Position numbers and translations under genes: made by a program
Virus record (IMG/VR): IMGVR_UViG_3300045988_121566
Coordinates: 1 to 64,000 of that record
DNA length: 64,000 nt
Reading direction: 5' to 3' (one strand)
Source: a virus
Notes under the pieces: generated by a model
The model's input: the letters and a program-made list of their open reading frames with translations, nothing else
Told to the model about the DNA's origin: nothing
Database searches by the model: none
Part shown: positions 47,166 to 55,760 of the stretch, one piece after another
Position numbering within the stretch: the first letter of the stretch is position 1
How the letters are laid out: each line of letters begins with the position of its first letter

Positions 47166-47316
47166 AATTTATTGTTATTTTTGCAGTGTAAAACTAATAT
47201 TGCACGAATGCAAGTGTTTAAATACGGATGCAAATATACTCAAACTTGTTTAAACGTGCAAGTATATGGGCAATAATTTAGTGAATTTTTAGGAATATTT
47301 ACGTTAATAAACACTT

Positions 47317-47691
47317 ATGGGTATGGAGGAAATTAGAAAAAGAATCAATGAAGTTGTGTATGATAAGCACCTCAGTAACAGGGCTTTCTCTGCTATGGTT
47401 GGTATGAAGCCTACGTCTGTCAACAACTATCTTAACGGCACGAAGACCTGTACGTTAGAACTTATCGCAAGAACCCTCGAGGTATTCGTGGAAATATCGG
47501 CAGAATGGTTGCTGCGTGGCGAGGGTGCGATGATCAAAGGCGAAGTGAAAAACGATGATGCAGTCAGGAAAGAACTTGCTGATGTAAAAGCGAAGCTACT
47601 GGTGCAGGAGGGTATCACGAGAGAGCTGCGTGATATTCTGTTGGAGAAAAGTAAGATTGATGCAAAAAGAAAGGCAGGACTGGAGAAATAA
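47317..47691 (+). CDS. XRE/cI-like HTH repressor
   Basis: LSNRAFSAMVGMKPTSVNNYLNG ... ISAEWLLRGEGAM plus a C-terminal coiled coil. Confidence 0.7.
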   Translation: MGMEEIRKRINEVVYDKHLSNRAFSAMVGMKPTSVNNYLNGTKTCTLELIARTLEVFVEISAEWLLRGEGAMIKGEVKNDDAVRKELADVKAKLLVQEGITRELRDILLEKSKIDAKRKAGLEK

Positions 47692-47703
47692 CCAGTCCTG
47701 CCT
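47672..47703. terminator. bidirectional terminator between the cI-like gene and the integrase
   Basis: AGGCAGGACTGG (47672-47683) and CCAGTCCTGCCT (47692-47703) form a perfect 12-bp stem, followed by TTTGTCTTTT. Confidence 0.7.
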
Positions 47704-47711
47704 TTTGTCTT

Positions 47712-48851
47712 TTAAAGTTTCCCCTCAAGTTTATCGAATGCTCCTCTAATATCTTTGTTAAGAGTCCTTGCGTATCTTGTTGTCTGACGCAGAGTCGTAT
47801 GGCCAAGTACTTTCATTACTACATTGATTGGCATACCTTTTGAGAGGAACAGGGTTGCTGCCGTTCCTCTGCCCATGTGGCTCCTGAGATTACTCACTCC
47901 AGCCATCATGCCTATAACCTTGAGATAATCATTATACTTCTGATTACTCAGATGTGGTAATTTGAAATCGTATTTTCTCAAAATCTCCATAGCCGGAGCG
48001 AGCAGTTGAAAAGAAAAGTCCGTGTCGGTCTTCGTGCGGTGTGACTTATAGACCATCTTTTTCTCCTCCTCCTCGCAGGCGCTGAAGTCGAACGCCATCA
48101 AATCTGAGTATGCAAGTCCTGTGTAGACTTGAAATAAAAATAAATCTCTTGCCCTGCAAAGGTGCGGAGTATTAAGTTGCAGCTCTTTAATTTTAATGAA
48201 CTGATCTTCTGTTATACAGTCAACGTATTGTTTTTCCCCTCTGTTTATCTTAAACGGCAACTTCGTATACGGATTTACATCTATAAGTCCGTCTACACAG
48301 GCATCATTAATGAATAGCTTTAGATATTTGTGGTAGTCGTAGATGGTTGATGCTTTCTTGCCTTGCTGGTGCAAGAACTCATCCATAGACCTGATGTTTG
48401 ACACGTTACAGTCGGAGAATAGAGCTATCTTCCCCCAGGAGCGGAGGAACTTTGTAAACACGACATACCTCTTCTTCGTATGCTCGCATACATTACGCTC
48501 ATTAGTCCGCTTTTCGCAATATGCTATAAAGTCGGTCTTGTCGCAGACTTCATTCTGCATAAGGGTAGGTATAAGGTCGAGGTCTGTAATGCCTTCCTCT
48601 ATCATGCGGTCTGTGATTTTCTTCACACGAAGATAGAACGCATGAATAGTTTCGTTCATAAGGTCTGCGTCCTTGCACTTCGACAGCACCATCTTTTTAG
48701 TGTCTGACCAGTTGTTAGGAGTCACAAGAACACCTGTTGACATGTACTTTCTCTCGCTTCCGAAAGACACACGAATTTCCACAGAAACAGCCTTTTTTGC
48801 CGTTCCTCGCTTCAAGCGGTTGTGAATAATGTTTAAATGTAATTTCTTCAT
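47712..48851 (-). CDS. tyrosine integrase (int): tyrosine recombinase / integrase (Bacteroidota IntDOT-like type)
   Basis: HMGRGT (HxxR), VLGHTTLRQTTRYA (His ... Tyr nucleophile), and an N-terminal arm-binding-like domain. The Arg-I position reads TGLAYSDL. Confidence 0.85.
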   Translation of the reverse strand: MKKLHLNIIHNRLKRGTAKKAVSVEIRVSFGSERKYMSTGVLVTPNNWSDTKKMVLSKCKDADLMNETIHAFYLRVKKITDRMIEEGITDLDLIPTLMQNEVCDKTDFIAYCEKRTNERNVCEHTKKRYVVFTKFLRSWGKIALFSDCNVSNIRSMDEFLHQQGKKASTIYDYHKYLKLFINDACVDGLIDVNPYTKLPFKINRGEKQYVDCITEDQFIKIKELQLNTPHLCRARDLFLFQVYTGLAYSDLMAFDFSACEEEEKKMVYKSHRTKTDTDFSFQLLAPAMEILRKYDFKLPHLSNQKYNDYLKVIGMMAGVSNLRSHMGRGTAATLFLSKGMPINVVMKVLGHTTLRQTTRYARTLNKDIRGAFDKLEGKL

Positions 48852-49040
48852 TTGATAACATTTTTTTTACGAGTTGATACCCATTTGATAACACTAAATT
48901 TTTTCCAATATTTTTTGTGTGTTACGAAAGTATACTCTAATCTTCTGATTATCAAATGATTATGAGCATTTGTAGACTTGCACTGGTTTTGCACTGTTTT
49001 GAAAACCAAACGACTTGTGTTCTCAAAAGTGTTATCAACC
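48851..49040. repeat. cluster of TTGATAAC-type repeats (two direct, two inverted) upstream of int
   Basis: TTTGATAACA 48851-48860; CATTTGATAACAC 48882-48894; inverted TGATTATCAAATG 48946-48958; inverted GTGTTATCAACC 49029-49040. Confidence 0.5.
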
Positions 49041-49053
49041 AATCAAACAAAAA

Positions 49054-49092
49054 GCGTCTGTAATTACTTGTGTATAAGTAAGTTACAGACGC
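49054..49092 (-). terminator. strong intrinsic terminator in the int upstream region
   Basis: GCGTCTGTAA-TTACTT / AAGTAA-g-TTACAGACGC forms a 16-bp stem with a 1-nt bulge. On the minus strand it is followed by TTTTTGTTTG. Confidence 0.65.
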
Positions 49093-49312
49093 CAATTCTT
49101 TTGAATGAATTGAAAACTTTTCACCAAATTTGTCCCATTCGAGTGATTCCGTTGGGTTCACAACTTCGTCACTATAATCGTCAGAAATAGAGATGCTTAC
49201 ATACACACTGCAAAGATAGTGATAACATTTTTATATACATAAAATTTTAGCATTATTTTTCAGAAATCAGAACATTTTACATTTTTTTAATGAGTTAATG
49301 GTTGTTTAAAAA

Positions 49313-49344
49313 CTTGCACGGTTGAATAAGAATGAGTACATTTG
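49313..49344 (+). promoter_or_regulatory. Bacteroidota-type promoter for gene 49481
   Basis: -33-like CTTG (49313-49316), a 20-nt spacer, then -7 TACATTTG (49337-49344). Confidence 0.5.
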
Positions 49345-49480
49345 CACTCGTCAATAGCAAACTCCACTTTGTGTTGGTTATTACTCAGTATGATAATACC
49401 TGTGTTCAATAGGTTTCAAAATATGGGGGATTGATTAAATCGGTGGAGCGGTTTTTTCTTTCCCCTCTATTTTTTTCTTA

Positions 49481-50200
49481 ATGAACAAGAATCTAAGATT
49501 AAGACTGGCTTTAGAAATGTTCAACAACAAAGAGTTGCTGAAAGCTATAGCTATGTCCTTGCTTATCCGCAAGAAATTAGGTTCTCATGTTCTCAAAAAC
49601 TATAGCATAAACAAGTTAGTTAATTTATTAGGCGCGCACGCACGCACGATCAAGAAGCGCATACGTGTGTTGTCCCAGTATGGTCTTCTCACGATAGAGG
49701 GAAAGACTCTCGTATTTCGTTCTATTGTTTCAAAGCACGCAAAGAGAAATGTAAAGTTAGGCGAGAGGAAGGTGGAGTATTCTTCTCTTAAGAGTGTAGA
49801 GTATTCTCTGCAGGCAATCTTGGTGGTAGTTATTCAGAGCAGAAAGGATTTTGCACAAAGAACCATTCGAAATGCTCATGGTGCCAGCCACGACTACAAG
49901 GTCGTTAAGGCTGCTCGTGATGCTGCACGGAAGTTCGGGTTCGGATTTGAGTATGTCGAGAAGGGTCTATCATACAAGACAATCGCAAATAAACTCGGGG
50001 TTAGTATCAAAACTGCGGTAGAAATCGTCAAATTTGCAGTAAAACGCACAATTTTGAAGAAGACAAAGCATTTTATCTCTGATTATCTTCCTAAAGTAAA
50101 CTTTATGGAAGTATCAGGTTATAACTTTACTACTCGTAACTATGGGTATAAGGTTATGGCTAACACTTACTCTGTCTCTCCCTCCTTAGCCTTGGTATAA
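49481..50200 (+). CDS. winged-helix/HTH DNA-binding protein (regulator or replication-initiator-like)
   Basis: Two HTH-like segments: ARTIKKRIRVLSQYGLLTIEG and LSYKTIANKLGVSIKTAVEIVK. Confidence 0.5.
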   Translation: MNKNLRLRLALEMFNNKELLKAIAMSLLIRKKLGSHVLKNYSINKLVNLLGAHARTIKKRIRVLSQYGLLTIEGKTLVFRSIVSKHAKRNVKLGERKVEYSSLKSVEYSLQAILVVVIQSRKDFAQRTIRNAHGASHDYKVVKAARDAARKFGFGFEYVEKGLSYKTIANKLGVSIKTAVEIVKFAVKRTILKKTKHFISDYLPKVNFMEVSGYNFTTRNYGYKVMANTYSVSPSLALV

Positions 50201-50242
50201 TTAGATAGTAAAAAGTGCAGACTCTGAAATTTAATTGTAGGT

Positions 50243-50908
50243 ATGATTACAAATCAAGTAATGAAACGACCGATGGGAGACTTTTTGGTCGAGCAGAGAA
50301 CAAAAGATAGTATGTTCAATGCTACAAACTTGCTAAAACAGTGGAATGAAGCAAGTGGAGAGAAGAAGGAGATTACAAAATTCTTCGATAACGACAACAC
50401 AAAGGAGTTTATTTCTGCTCTGATGGAAGAAGAAAAGCTTAATACGCAAAATTCTGCGTATTTAAAAGCAAGAGGAAAAAACGGAGGAACTTGGATGCAT
50501 CCAATCCTCTTCGTTAAGTTTGCGATGTGGCTTAATCCTCGCTTCGAGGTTCAGGTTATCAAGTTCGTATACGACCAGATGCTGAAATACAGAAATGATG
50601 CCGGCGACGCATATAAAGAACTCGCTTCGGCTATCGGAAAACTCGTTGACAAGAACTTCATGCACGCAGCAATGTGCAAAATGGCAAAGGCCATCAACTA
50701 TGTCGTGTTTGGCGAACATGAGCATGAGTTACGCAACAAGCATGGAGATGAGACTAAGCAATACAAATTGCTCGACATGGAACGTCAGGTTGCGAGACTC
50801 ATCAATGATGGGTTTATCCGTACTTATGATGAGGCCATCATATATTTGCGAAAGAAATACGTTGAAAAGTATATGCCTGCTGCTCTTCGTACAAGATATA
50901 TTGTTTAG
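50243..50908 (+). CDS. KilA-N domain protein
   Basis: NATNLLKQW ... GGTWMHPILFVKFAMWLNPRFEVQVIKFVYD. Confidence 0.7.
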   Translation: MITNQVMKRPMGDFLVEQRTKDSMFNATNLLKQWNEASGEKKEITKFFDNDNTKEFISALMEEEKLNTQNSAYLKARGKNGGTWMHPILFVKFAMWLNPRFEVQVIKFVYDQMLKYRNDAGDAYKELASAIGKLVDKNFMHAAMCKMAKAINYVVFGEHEHELRNKHGDETKQYKLLDMERQVARLINDGFIRTYDEAIIYLRKKYVEKYMPAALRTRYIV

Positions 50909-50999
50909 TTTTAAGGCAAAGTTAGATTTTTGGTTTTATCCAAGGCATTCATGGTTCGTGAGAATAGTGTTTGCCGCTTGCTTTTAAGATTAATCAGAA

Positions 51000-51041
51000 G
51001 AAACAAAAAAACAGGGCAGTCGCAAATCACGACTGCCCTGT
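51000..51041 (-). terminator. intrinsic terminator overlapping the stop of 51027-51440
   Basis: ACAGGGCAGTCG (51011-51022) and CGACTGCCCTGT (51030-51041) form a perfect 12-bp stem. A minus-strand T-run follows (51001-51010). Confidence 0.65.
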
Positions 51042-51440
51042 TGCCGTATTATCTCGTTCAAGTTTCTCCGCTATCGCTGTTCTAATCCAAAGAGACTTGT
51101 CGGGAAGCGACTGGAGATAATCGTATGTATCTGCGTTCACTCTTAGGGTTATAATGTGCTGTATGCTTTCCCTGCCCTTGCTTTTTCGACCAGACCCTGG
51201 GCGTGAGCCTCCTCGCCTTGATGTGCGTATTTTCGACACTTTTCCGTTTCGTGTCACGTTGTATTTAAGGATTAGGTTGTTGGTGGCTGCATCGTAAGCC
51301 TCTGCCGTTTTAGCCTCTGACGTGGCTCTGAGCATAGCTACAACAATATCAGCCAACTGGTCTTTCTTGTCGTACAGGATTTCGGTGTCGTCCACACAAC
51401 AGATTTCATCATAAAAATATACTACTGCTTTCTTTGTCAT
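51027..51440 (-). CDS. protein with basic linker and C-terminal ribbon-helix-helix-like domain
   Basis: RRGGSRPGSGRKSKGRESIQHIITLRVNADTYDYLQSL ... IRTAIAEKLERD. ATG 51440 is chosen because the GTG-extended track ORF would read through a terminator hairpin. Confidence 0.5.
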   Translation of the reverse strand: MTKKAVVYFYDEICCVDDTEILYDKKDQLADIVVAMLRATSEAKTAEAYDAATNNLILKYNVTRNGKVSKIRTSRRGGSRPGSGRKSKGRESIQHIITLRVNADTYDYLQSLPDKSLWIRTAIAEKLERDNTATGQS

Positions 51441-51444
51441 ATCG

Positions 51445-51476
51445 AAAATAAAAAAGTGGGAGTTGGTTGGACTCCC
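51445..51476 (-). terminator. candidate intrinsic terminator between two minus-strand genes
   Basis: GGGAGT (51458-51463) pairs with ACTCCC (51471-51476). A minus-strand TTTTTTATTTT follows. Confidence 0.45.
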
Positions 51477-51546
51477 GTTACCTTTTATGAAAAACCGATT
51501 ATAATGCTCAGGATGAACATGATCAGAATAAACCACTCCTGCTTGC

Positions 51547-51819
51547 TCATGATGCACCTCCTTCCTCTACTACTTCGATTGGCTTGATGTCGCTCACAGA
51601 ATCGTCTTCAGTGAAAAAAGAAATTTTCATCGTCTCGCTGACGTATGCCATAGCGACTACTTCGTTGAGGCTGTTGCGGATGATGCAGATGTCTCCACGA
51701 ACCTCGTTCTGAACCTTTAGGTACTTTACCACTGCATCCTTGACTGCGAGAGGGTTCATGACTCTCGTAATCGTCTCCCCTGACTGGGGGAAGACGAAAA
51801 TAAACTCTTGTTTCTTCAT
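51547..51819 (-). CDS. hypothetical protein
   Basis: 90-aa ATG ORF with a 4-nt overlap with the PcfJ-like gene. Confidence 0.55.
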   Translation of the reverse strand: MKKQEFIFVFPQSGETITRVMNPLAVKDAVVKYLKVQNEVRGDICIIRNSLNEVVAMAYVSETMKISFFTEDDSVSDIKPIEVVEEGGAS

Positions 51820-52985
51820 GCTGTCTTGATTTTAATTGTGTTGTTATTATTGTTATAGCTCTCGATGAGGGCTGCGCTTGAATTGACAAGTCGGAGCACC
51901 TCATTATGCTGCTTGCTTATCTTGTTACAGCAGCCGTATGCCTGTATTACTTTCCCGCTTACAAGGTCGAACTCTACGGTCTCAACTCGCTTTCCGTCCT
52001 TGTCACGTACGGAGAAAATCAAAGAGTTCTTTCGATTGTAATACCTACAAGCGAACACGCAATTATGCATTGCCTCTCCCTCCTTGATAAACTCATCAAC
52101 GGATTTCAGCACCTCGCCAGTAAGTTCTCCGTCCGAAAGGAATATGCCGAAGAACTTCTGCTTCTCCTTGACGTATCGATCGTTGTCTTTGAGTGCTTTC
52201 TTCCTGCGCTCCTCATCTTTTGCTCTCTTTTTCTCTGCTTCCACTTTAGCAACATACTTGTCGTGCGCCTGAAGAAGATTGTCTGGGCATACATAGAATG
52301 GGTTGTGCGTGTCCTTTCCGAGATAGACAAGCGTACTGATATAGTCAACATACATAGATACATCGCTGATGGCATAGCCGTGACGGATAGCAACCTTGTA
52401 TGCTGCCATATAAGGTTCTGTGTCACGCACGTATCTGTGGGCGTAAGCAAACAATGCTGGCGAAGCCTTGAAAAGAGTCTCCTCGAAGGGGTCATTCTTA
52501 GATAGTATCTTGTATATCTCTGCTCTATGCATTTCCTGCTGCGCTGCTTCCATATATGGCTCGCAATACTGGTATGTATCAACGAGAGACTTATTGTAGC
52601 AATAGTCGTAAGGTATGTCGATGCGCTGCGGGCGTATGGTAAGGTCTGATGAGTATGTAAATGCATCAAGACACCAACCCATAGTACGTCTGCGTGAAAG
52701 AGTTGTCTGCCGTGAACCTTTCTTGTTCCAAACCTGCTGCACCTCCCAAAGGGAGTATGATACCTCACGTTTGCGGTTGCGGTGTCGGGTGATGCGGAAA
52801 TACCTCAATACCTGATAGCCTCTGTAGGCTTGATTGATTACTGTGTATGTTCTTTCGTACATATCTTTATAATCGCATGTTCCGTAAGTCTGCTTGATGA
52901 GTTTCTGCTCATCACGACTGCAAATGCTACCCAGCTTTCTGGATAGCTTCACAATCTTCTCCTCGTTCTTGGTTCTTGGTTTCAT
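51816..52985 (-). CDS. PcfJ-like protein
   Basis: C-terminal EGEAMHNCVFACRYYNRKNSLIFSVRDKDGKRVETVEFDL matches the PcfJ domain pattern known from conjugative elements. Confidence 0.65.
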   Translation of the reverse strand: MKPRTKNEEKIVKLSRKLGSICSRDEQKLIKQTYGTCDYKDMYERTYTVINQAYRGYQVLRYFRITRHRNRKREVSYSLWEVQQVWNKKGSRQTTLSRRRTMGWCLDAFTYSSDLTIRPQRIDIPYDYCYNKSLVDTYQYCEPYMEAAQQEMHRAEIYKILSKNDPFEETLFKASPALFAYAHRYVRDTEPYMAAYKVAIRHGYAISDVSMYVDYISTLVYLGKDTHNPFYVCPDNLLQAHDKYVAKVEAEKKRAKDEERRKKALKDNDRYVKEKQKFFGIFLSDGELTGEVLKSVDEFIKEGEAMHNCVFACRYYNRKNSLIFSVRDKDGKRVETVEFDLVSGKVIQAYGCCNKISKQHNEVLRLVNSSAALIESYNNNNNTIKIKTA

Positions 52986-52999
52986 AACTTGAAATGGTT

Positions 53000-53374
53000 T
53001 TAGTCGAACATGTTTAACTCGATAAACTTTGCCTTAGACTCTGCTTTCTTTGCCTTTGGTGCTGTTTTCTTCTTAGGCTGTGGCTTGGCTGGTACAGGCG
53101 AAGCCACTGCTGGGGACGAAGCCTTTACTTTTGCTACAACATTACCCTTTGGCTTGCAGTCCTTCTCCTGGTAGTAGTGTACTGCCCAGTTCAATACCTC
53201 GTCATTGTCTATCGCTGCGCAATTATTCTCTGCTTGCTTCTTCGCTTGCTCAAAGATATACTTCACGCATTCGTCCATAGACTTTTCCTTGTCCTCATAG
53301 CGAGCCTTGAAATTCTCGTCCTGTGCAGCCATATCCTTTAACTGCTCTGTAATGTAATCACGTAACTTTACCAT
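53000..53374 (-). CDS. PcfK-like protein (the family that includes anti-CRISPR AcrIIA9)
   Basis: NFKARYEDKEKSMDECVKYIFEQAKK ... DEVLNWAVHYYQE, a Lys/Pro-rich tail, and a C-terminal ELNMFD. Confidence 0.6.
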   Translation of the reverse strand: MVKLRDYITEQLKDMAAQDENFKARYEDKEKSMDECVKYIFEQAKKQAENNCAAIDNDEVLNWAVHYYQEKDCKPKGNVVAKVKASSPAVASPVPAKPQPKKKTAPKAKKAESKAKFIELNMFD

Positions 53375-53382
53375 AACTGTGT

Positions 53383-53511
53383 TTAATTGTAAAATTGTTC
53401 AACCTCGTTCTTGCAGTCGAGTGCATACTCCTCTGCTTGTCTCTCTGTCGCTCCGTTGCTTATCGCATACTGGTATGCGTACGCATAGATGTTTGATAAA
53501 ATATCTTCCAT
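53383..53511 (-). CDS. possible 42-aa protein
   Basis: MEDILSNIYAYAYQYAISNGATERQAEEYALDCKNEVEQFYN. Its stop lies 8 nt before the PcfK-like ATG. Confidence 0.4.
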   Translation of the reverse strand: MEDILSNIYAYAYQYAISNGATERQAEEYALDCKNEVEQFYN

Positions 53512-53591
53512 ATTATTTGCGTTTTGTCTTTGTGTCTGCCACAAACGTTGCATTGTGGTGTGCTGATTTTACAGACTCAGCCGATAATTTC

Positions 53592-54011
53592 TTAAAATAC
53601 CAAATCATCCGAAAGTACATTCAGGTTGAACATAGCTACAACCTCTCCTTCTGCCTCGTAATTTATCGTAACAACAAGTCTATTGTCATCATCCTCAAAA
53701 ATATACTGGAAAGAGTTCCCAATATATATATCCTTGTACTCTTCTTCTGTGATACGAGATAGAATAGTGCCGGCGAATATTCCTTTGTCTGCCTCATTCT
53801 TATTGATGAGTGTAAAGAATACGTTGTTATAGAAGATAGTAGCCTTGACAGCCATATCCTCCACATACCCGAGATATGTGCCTTTTCTTGTTATGCACTC
53901 CTCATTGTCGAAAACTCTCCGTATAATGTCCGACTGGACGTTAGTTTCGTCTATAGGTGCTGAAATCAGTGTGTATTCAGCAATGTGCTTGTCTTTTTGT
54001 ATAGCTTTCAT
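53592..54011 (-). CDS. hypothetical protein
   Basis: 139-aa ATG ORF. Confidence 0.6.
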   Translation of the reverse strand: MKAIQKDKHIAEYTLISAPIDETNVQSDIIRRVFDNEECITRKGTYLGYVEDMAVKATIFYNNVFFTLINKNEADKGIFAGTILSRITEEEYKDIYIGNSFQYIFEDDDNRLVVTINYEAEGEVVAMFNLNVLSDDLVF

Positions 54012-54173
54012 AATTGTTATTTCTTTATTCTCTGCAAGCAGGTTGATTTGCTCACTTGTGTTCCGTTGATTAAATAATATCTCTCTGAATTCGGTGTTCT
54101 TATCTGAACAAAGGTTGTGCGTGCGACATATCTCACGTTGTTCTTGTCTGAATATCCCGCTCCCTTGAAAAAC

Positions 54174-54500
54174 TTAGTTATTATTGCCATGTTCCTTGTT
54201 TTTGTCGTTGTGATATACTATTTCGTCTATCTTATACTGCTCATCGAAGTCTGTCACATCATAGAAGCACGACTGCTCTACATAGTAGGCAGCCATGTTC
54301 CTGAGGTCGTGGAGGCTTGATTTCTTGTAGTCCTTGTTTGGATCAATCTGCTCAAGCCCATTGTTCTTCTGACAATACTCAATGAAATCAATAAGCAAAC
54401 GTCTGTCTGCTTCCTTGCGTGCGCTGTTGTATGCGCTTGCAAGTATTGGCATTGCAGCAATGGCTGCAACTACCAACAAATGGTTGATGTACTTCTTCAT
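54174..54500 (-). CDS. small secreted protein (signal peptide)
   Basis: MKKYINHLLVVAAIAAMPILASA followed by a charged domain. Confidence 0.6.
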   Translation of the reverse strand: MKKYINHLLVVAAIAAMPILASAYNSARKEADRRLLIDFIEYCQKNNGLEQIDPNKDYKKSSLHDLRNMAAYYVEQSCFYDVTDFDEQYKIDEIVYHNDKNKEHGNNN

Positions 54501-54512
54501 AATCTTATCTGT

Positions 54513-54602
54513 TTATTCCTTAAAATTGTCGTTGTTTCTTCCAGCGGCTACGCCAAGCGCATAGAATACTACCGCTGTTATTGCGAAAAATGTAATGTCC
54601 AT
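54513..54602 (-). CDS. possible 29-aa hydrophobic peptide
   Basis: MDITFFAITAVVFYALGVAAGRNNDNFKE. Its stop lies 12 nt before the next ATG. Confidence 0.3.
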   Translation of the reverse strand: MDITFFAITAVVFYALGVAAGRNNDNFKE

Positions 54603-55074
54603 AGCTTTGTCCTTTCTTTTTATCGTTATACGTTTGTAGTCGTTGCGGTCGTGAGCCGCTGGAAGCCTTTTGGATTGCTTCTACGCCTTTTATTGTGCGG
54701 AGGTGTACGTTTCCGCTGCCCTACCTTTTTTGTCCGCTTATGCACGGCTCGTTGCACTTAACGTTGTTGCTCAACGTGCTTCCTTGTTTCGTTTCGATTG
54801 CACTCGAAATGCTCTTTTTTCAACTTAGCGATGTTGGCGGATGCCGCTCTATCTGCGCTTTTTTATGTTGTGTTGTCAACATCACAAGTAACGCCCAATG
54901 TGCTGCGGATTTTAAAGACTGAAATCTGTCTGCCTTTCTTGACTAACGTTTTTATTAGTGTGTGTCTGTTTATCAAGATAGAGCTAAATAAGCCATCGTC
55001 ACACGAATGATTAATCGTTCGGCAGGTGGTCTTGAACCACCTGTGAGCCTCTATACTCTTGCCGATATAGACTG

Positions 55075-55320
55075 TTATCTCTTACCAAAGTAGAAGATTC
55101 TCACAAACTGGTAAAGTTGCTTTTTGTCACATAGGTGGTACAAGTCTTCCAGTATGAAATCTTTGCACTCTTTGTTGCCTTCTCTGAAGGTGCTTTGCAT
55201 TTCGGCTGGTGTCATACATCCGCATTCAAGCCAGTAAATGAACATAGCTCCCAAACTCTCGTATAGTCCGCTCTCATCGTAGAACTTCTTTTGCTGCTCG
55301 TAAGTCTTGTTCTTTCTCAT
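55075..55320 (-). CDS. hypothetical protein
   Basis: 81-aa ATG ORF. Confidence 0.55.
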   Translation of the reverse strand: MRKNKTYEQQKKFYDESGLYESLGAMFIYWLECGCMTPAEMQSTFREGNKECKDFILEDLYHLCDKKQLYQFVRIFYFGKR

Positions 55321-55365
55321 AGTCTTATTTGTTTAATCGTTTATTTTTTGTTCCACATTCAGCAA

Positions 55366-55400
55366 GGGGAGGGCGCAGCCCTCCCTTATCTCTCAAAGGT
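55366..55400 (+). repeat. GC-rich hairpin plus CTTATCTCYCAAAGGT module, copy A
   Basis: GGGAGGGC-GCA-GCCCTCCC (55367-55385) followed by CTTATCTCTCAAAGGT (55385-55400). Shares GAGGGCGCAGCCC and the 16-mer with copy B. Confidence 0.6.
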
Positions 55401-55401
55401 T

Positions 55402-55737
55402 TTATTTCACCTCCTTATAGTAGCAATTAACCTCTAACCCCAAGTACTTAGTAAATATGGTTAAGGCTTTCTTAGCACTTGGATAGTAAAGGTTAAGAAT
55501 AACCTTAACTTCTCCTCTATCAGCCTCAAACATATTCTTTCCGTAATCTTTTATCAAATTCTTTACATGTTTAATATCAGTGAAGAATGCGTAAAGACCT
55601 CTTGAATGAGAACCATTTTGTTCGATATAATCGTAAGTGAATGCGGCTAAAACATTTCCGTCCCAAATGTCGAGTTTCTTTTCTTTACCTTTTTGGGAGA
55701 ATGTTATCTCACCGATTTTAGAATTAAGTGTAAGCAT
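55402..55737 (-). CDS. hypothetical protein
   Basis: 111-aa ATG ORF. Confidence 0.6.
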   Translation of the reverse strand: MLTLNSKIGEITFSQKGKEKKLDIWDGNVLAAFTYDYIEQNGSHSRGLYAFFTDIKHVKNLIKDYGKNMFEADRGEVKVILNLYYPSAKKALTIFTKYLGLEVNCYYKEVK

Positions 55738-55760
55738 AGTTTTTATAGTTTAATGATTTA

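Noticed and set aside
48851-49040. CRISPR-like array suggested by the recurring TTGATAAC motifs.
   Set aside because: The repeats are ~10-13 nt, in mixed orientation and irregularly spaced. There are no cas genes. They fit protein-binding sites better.
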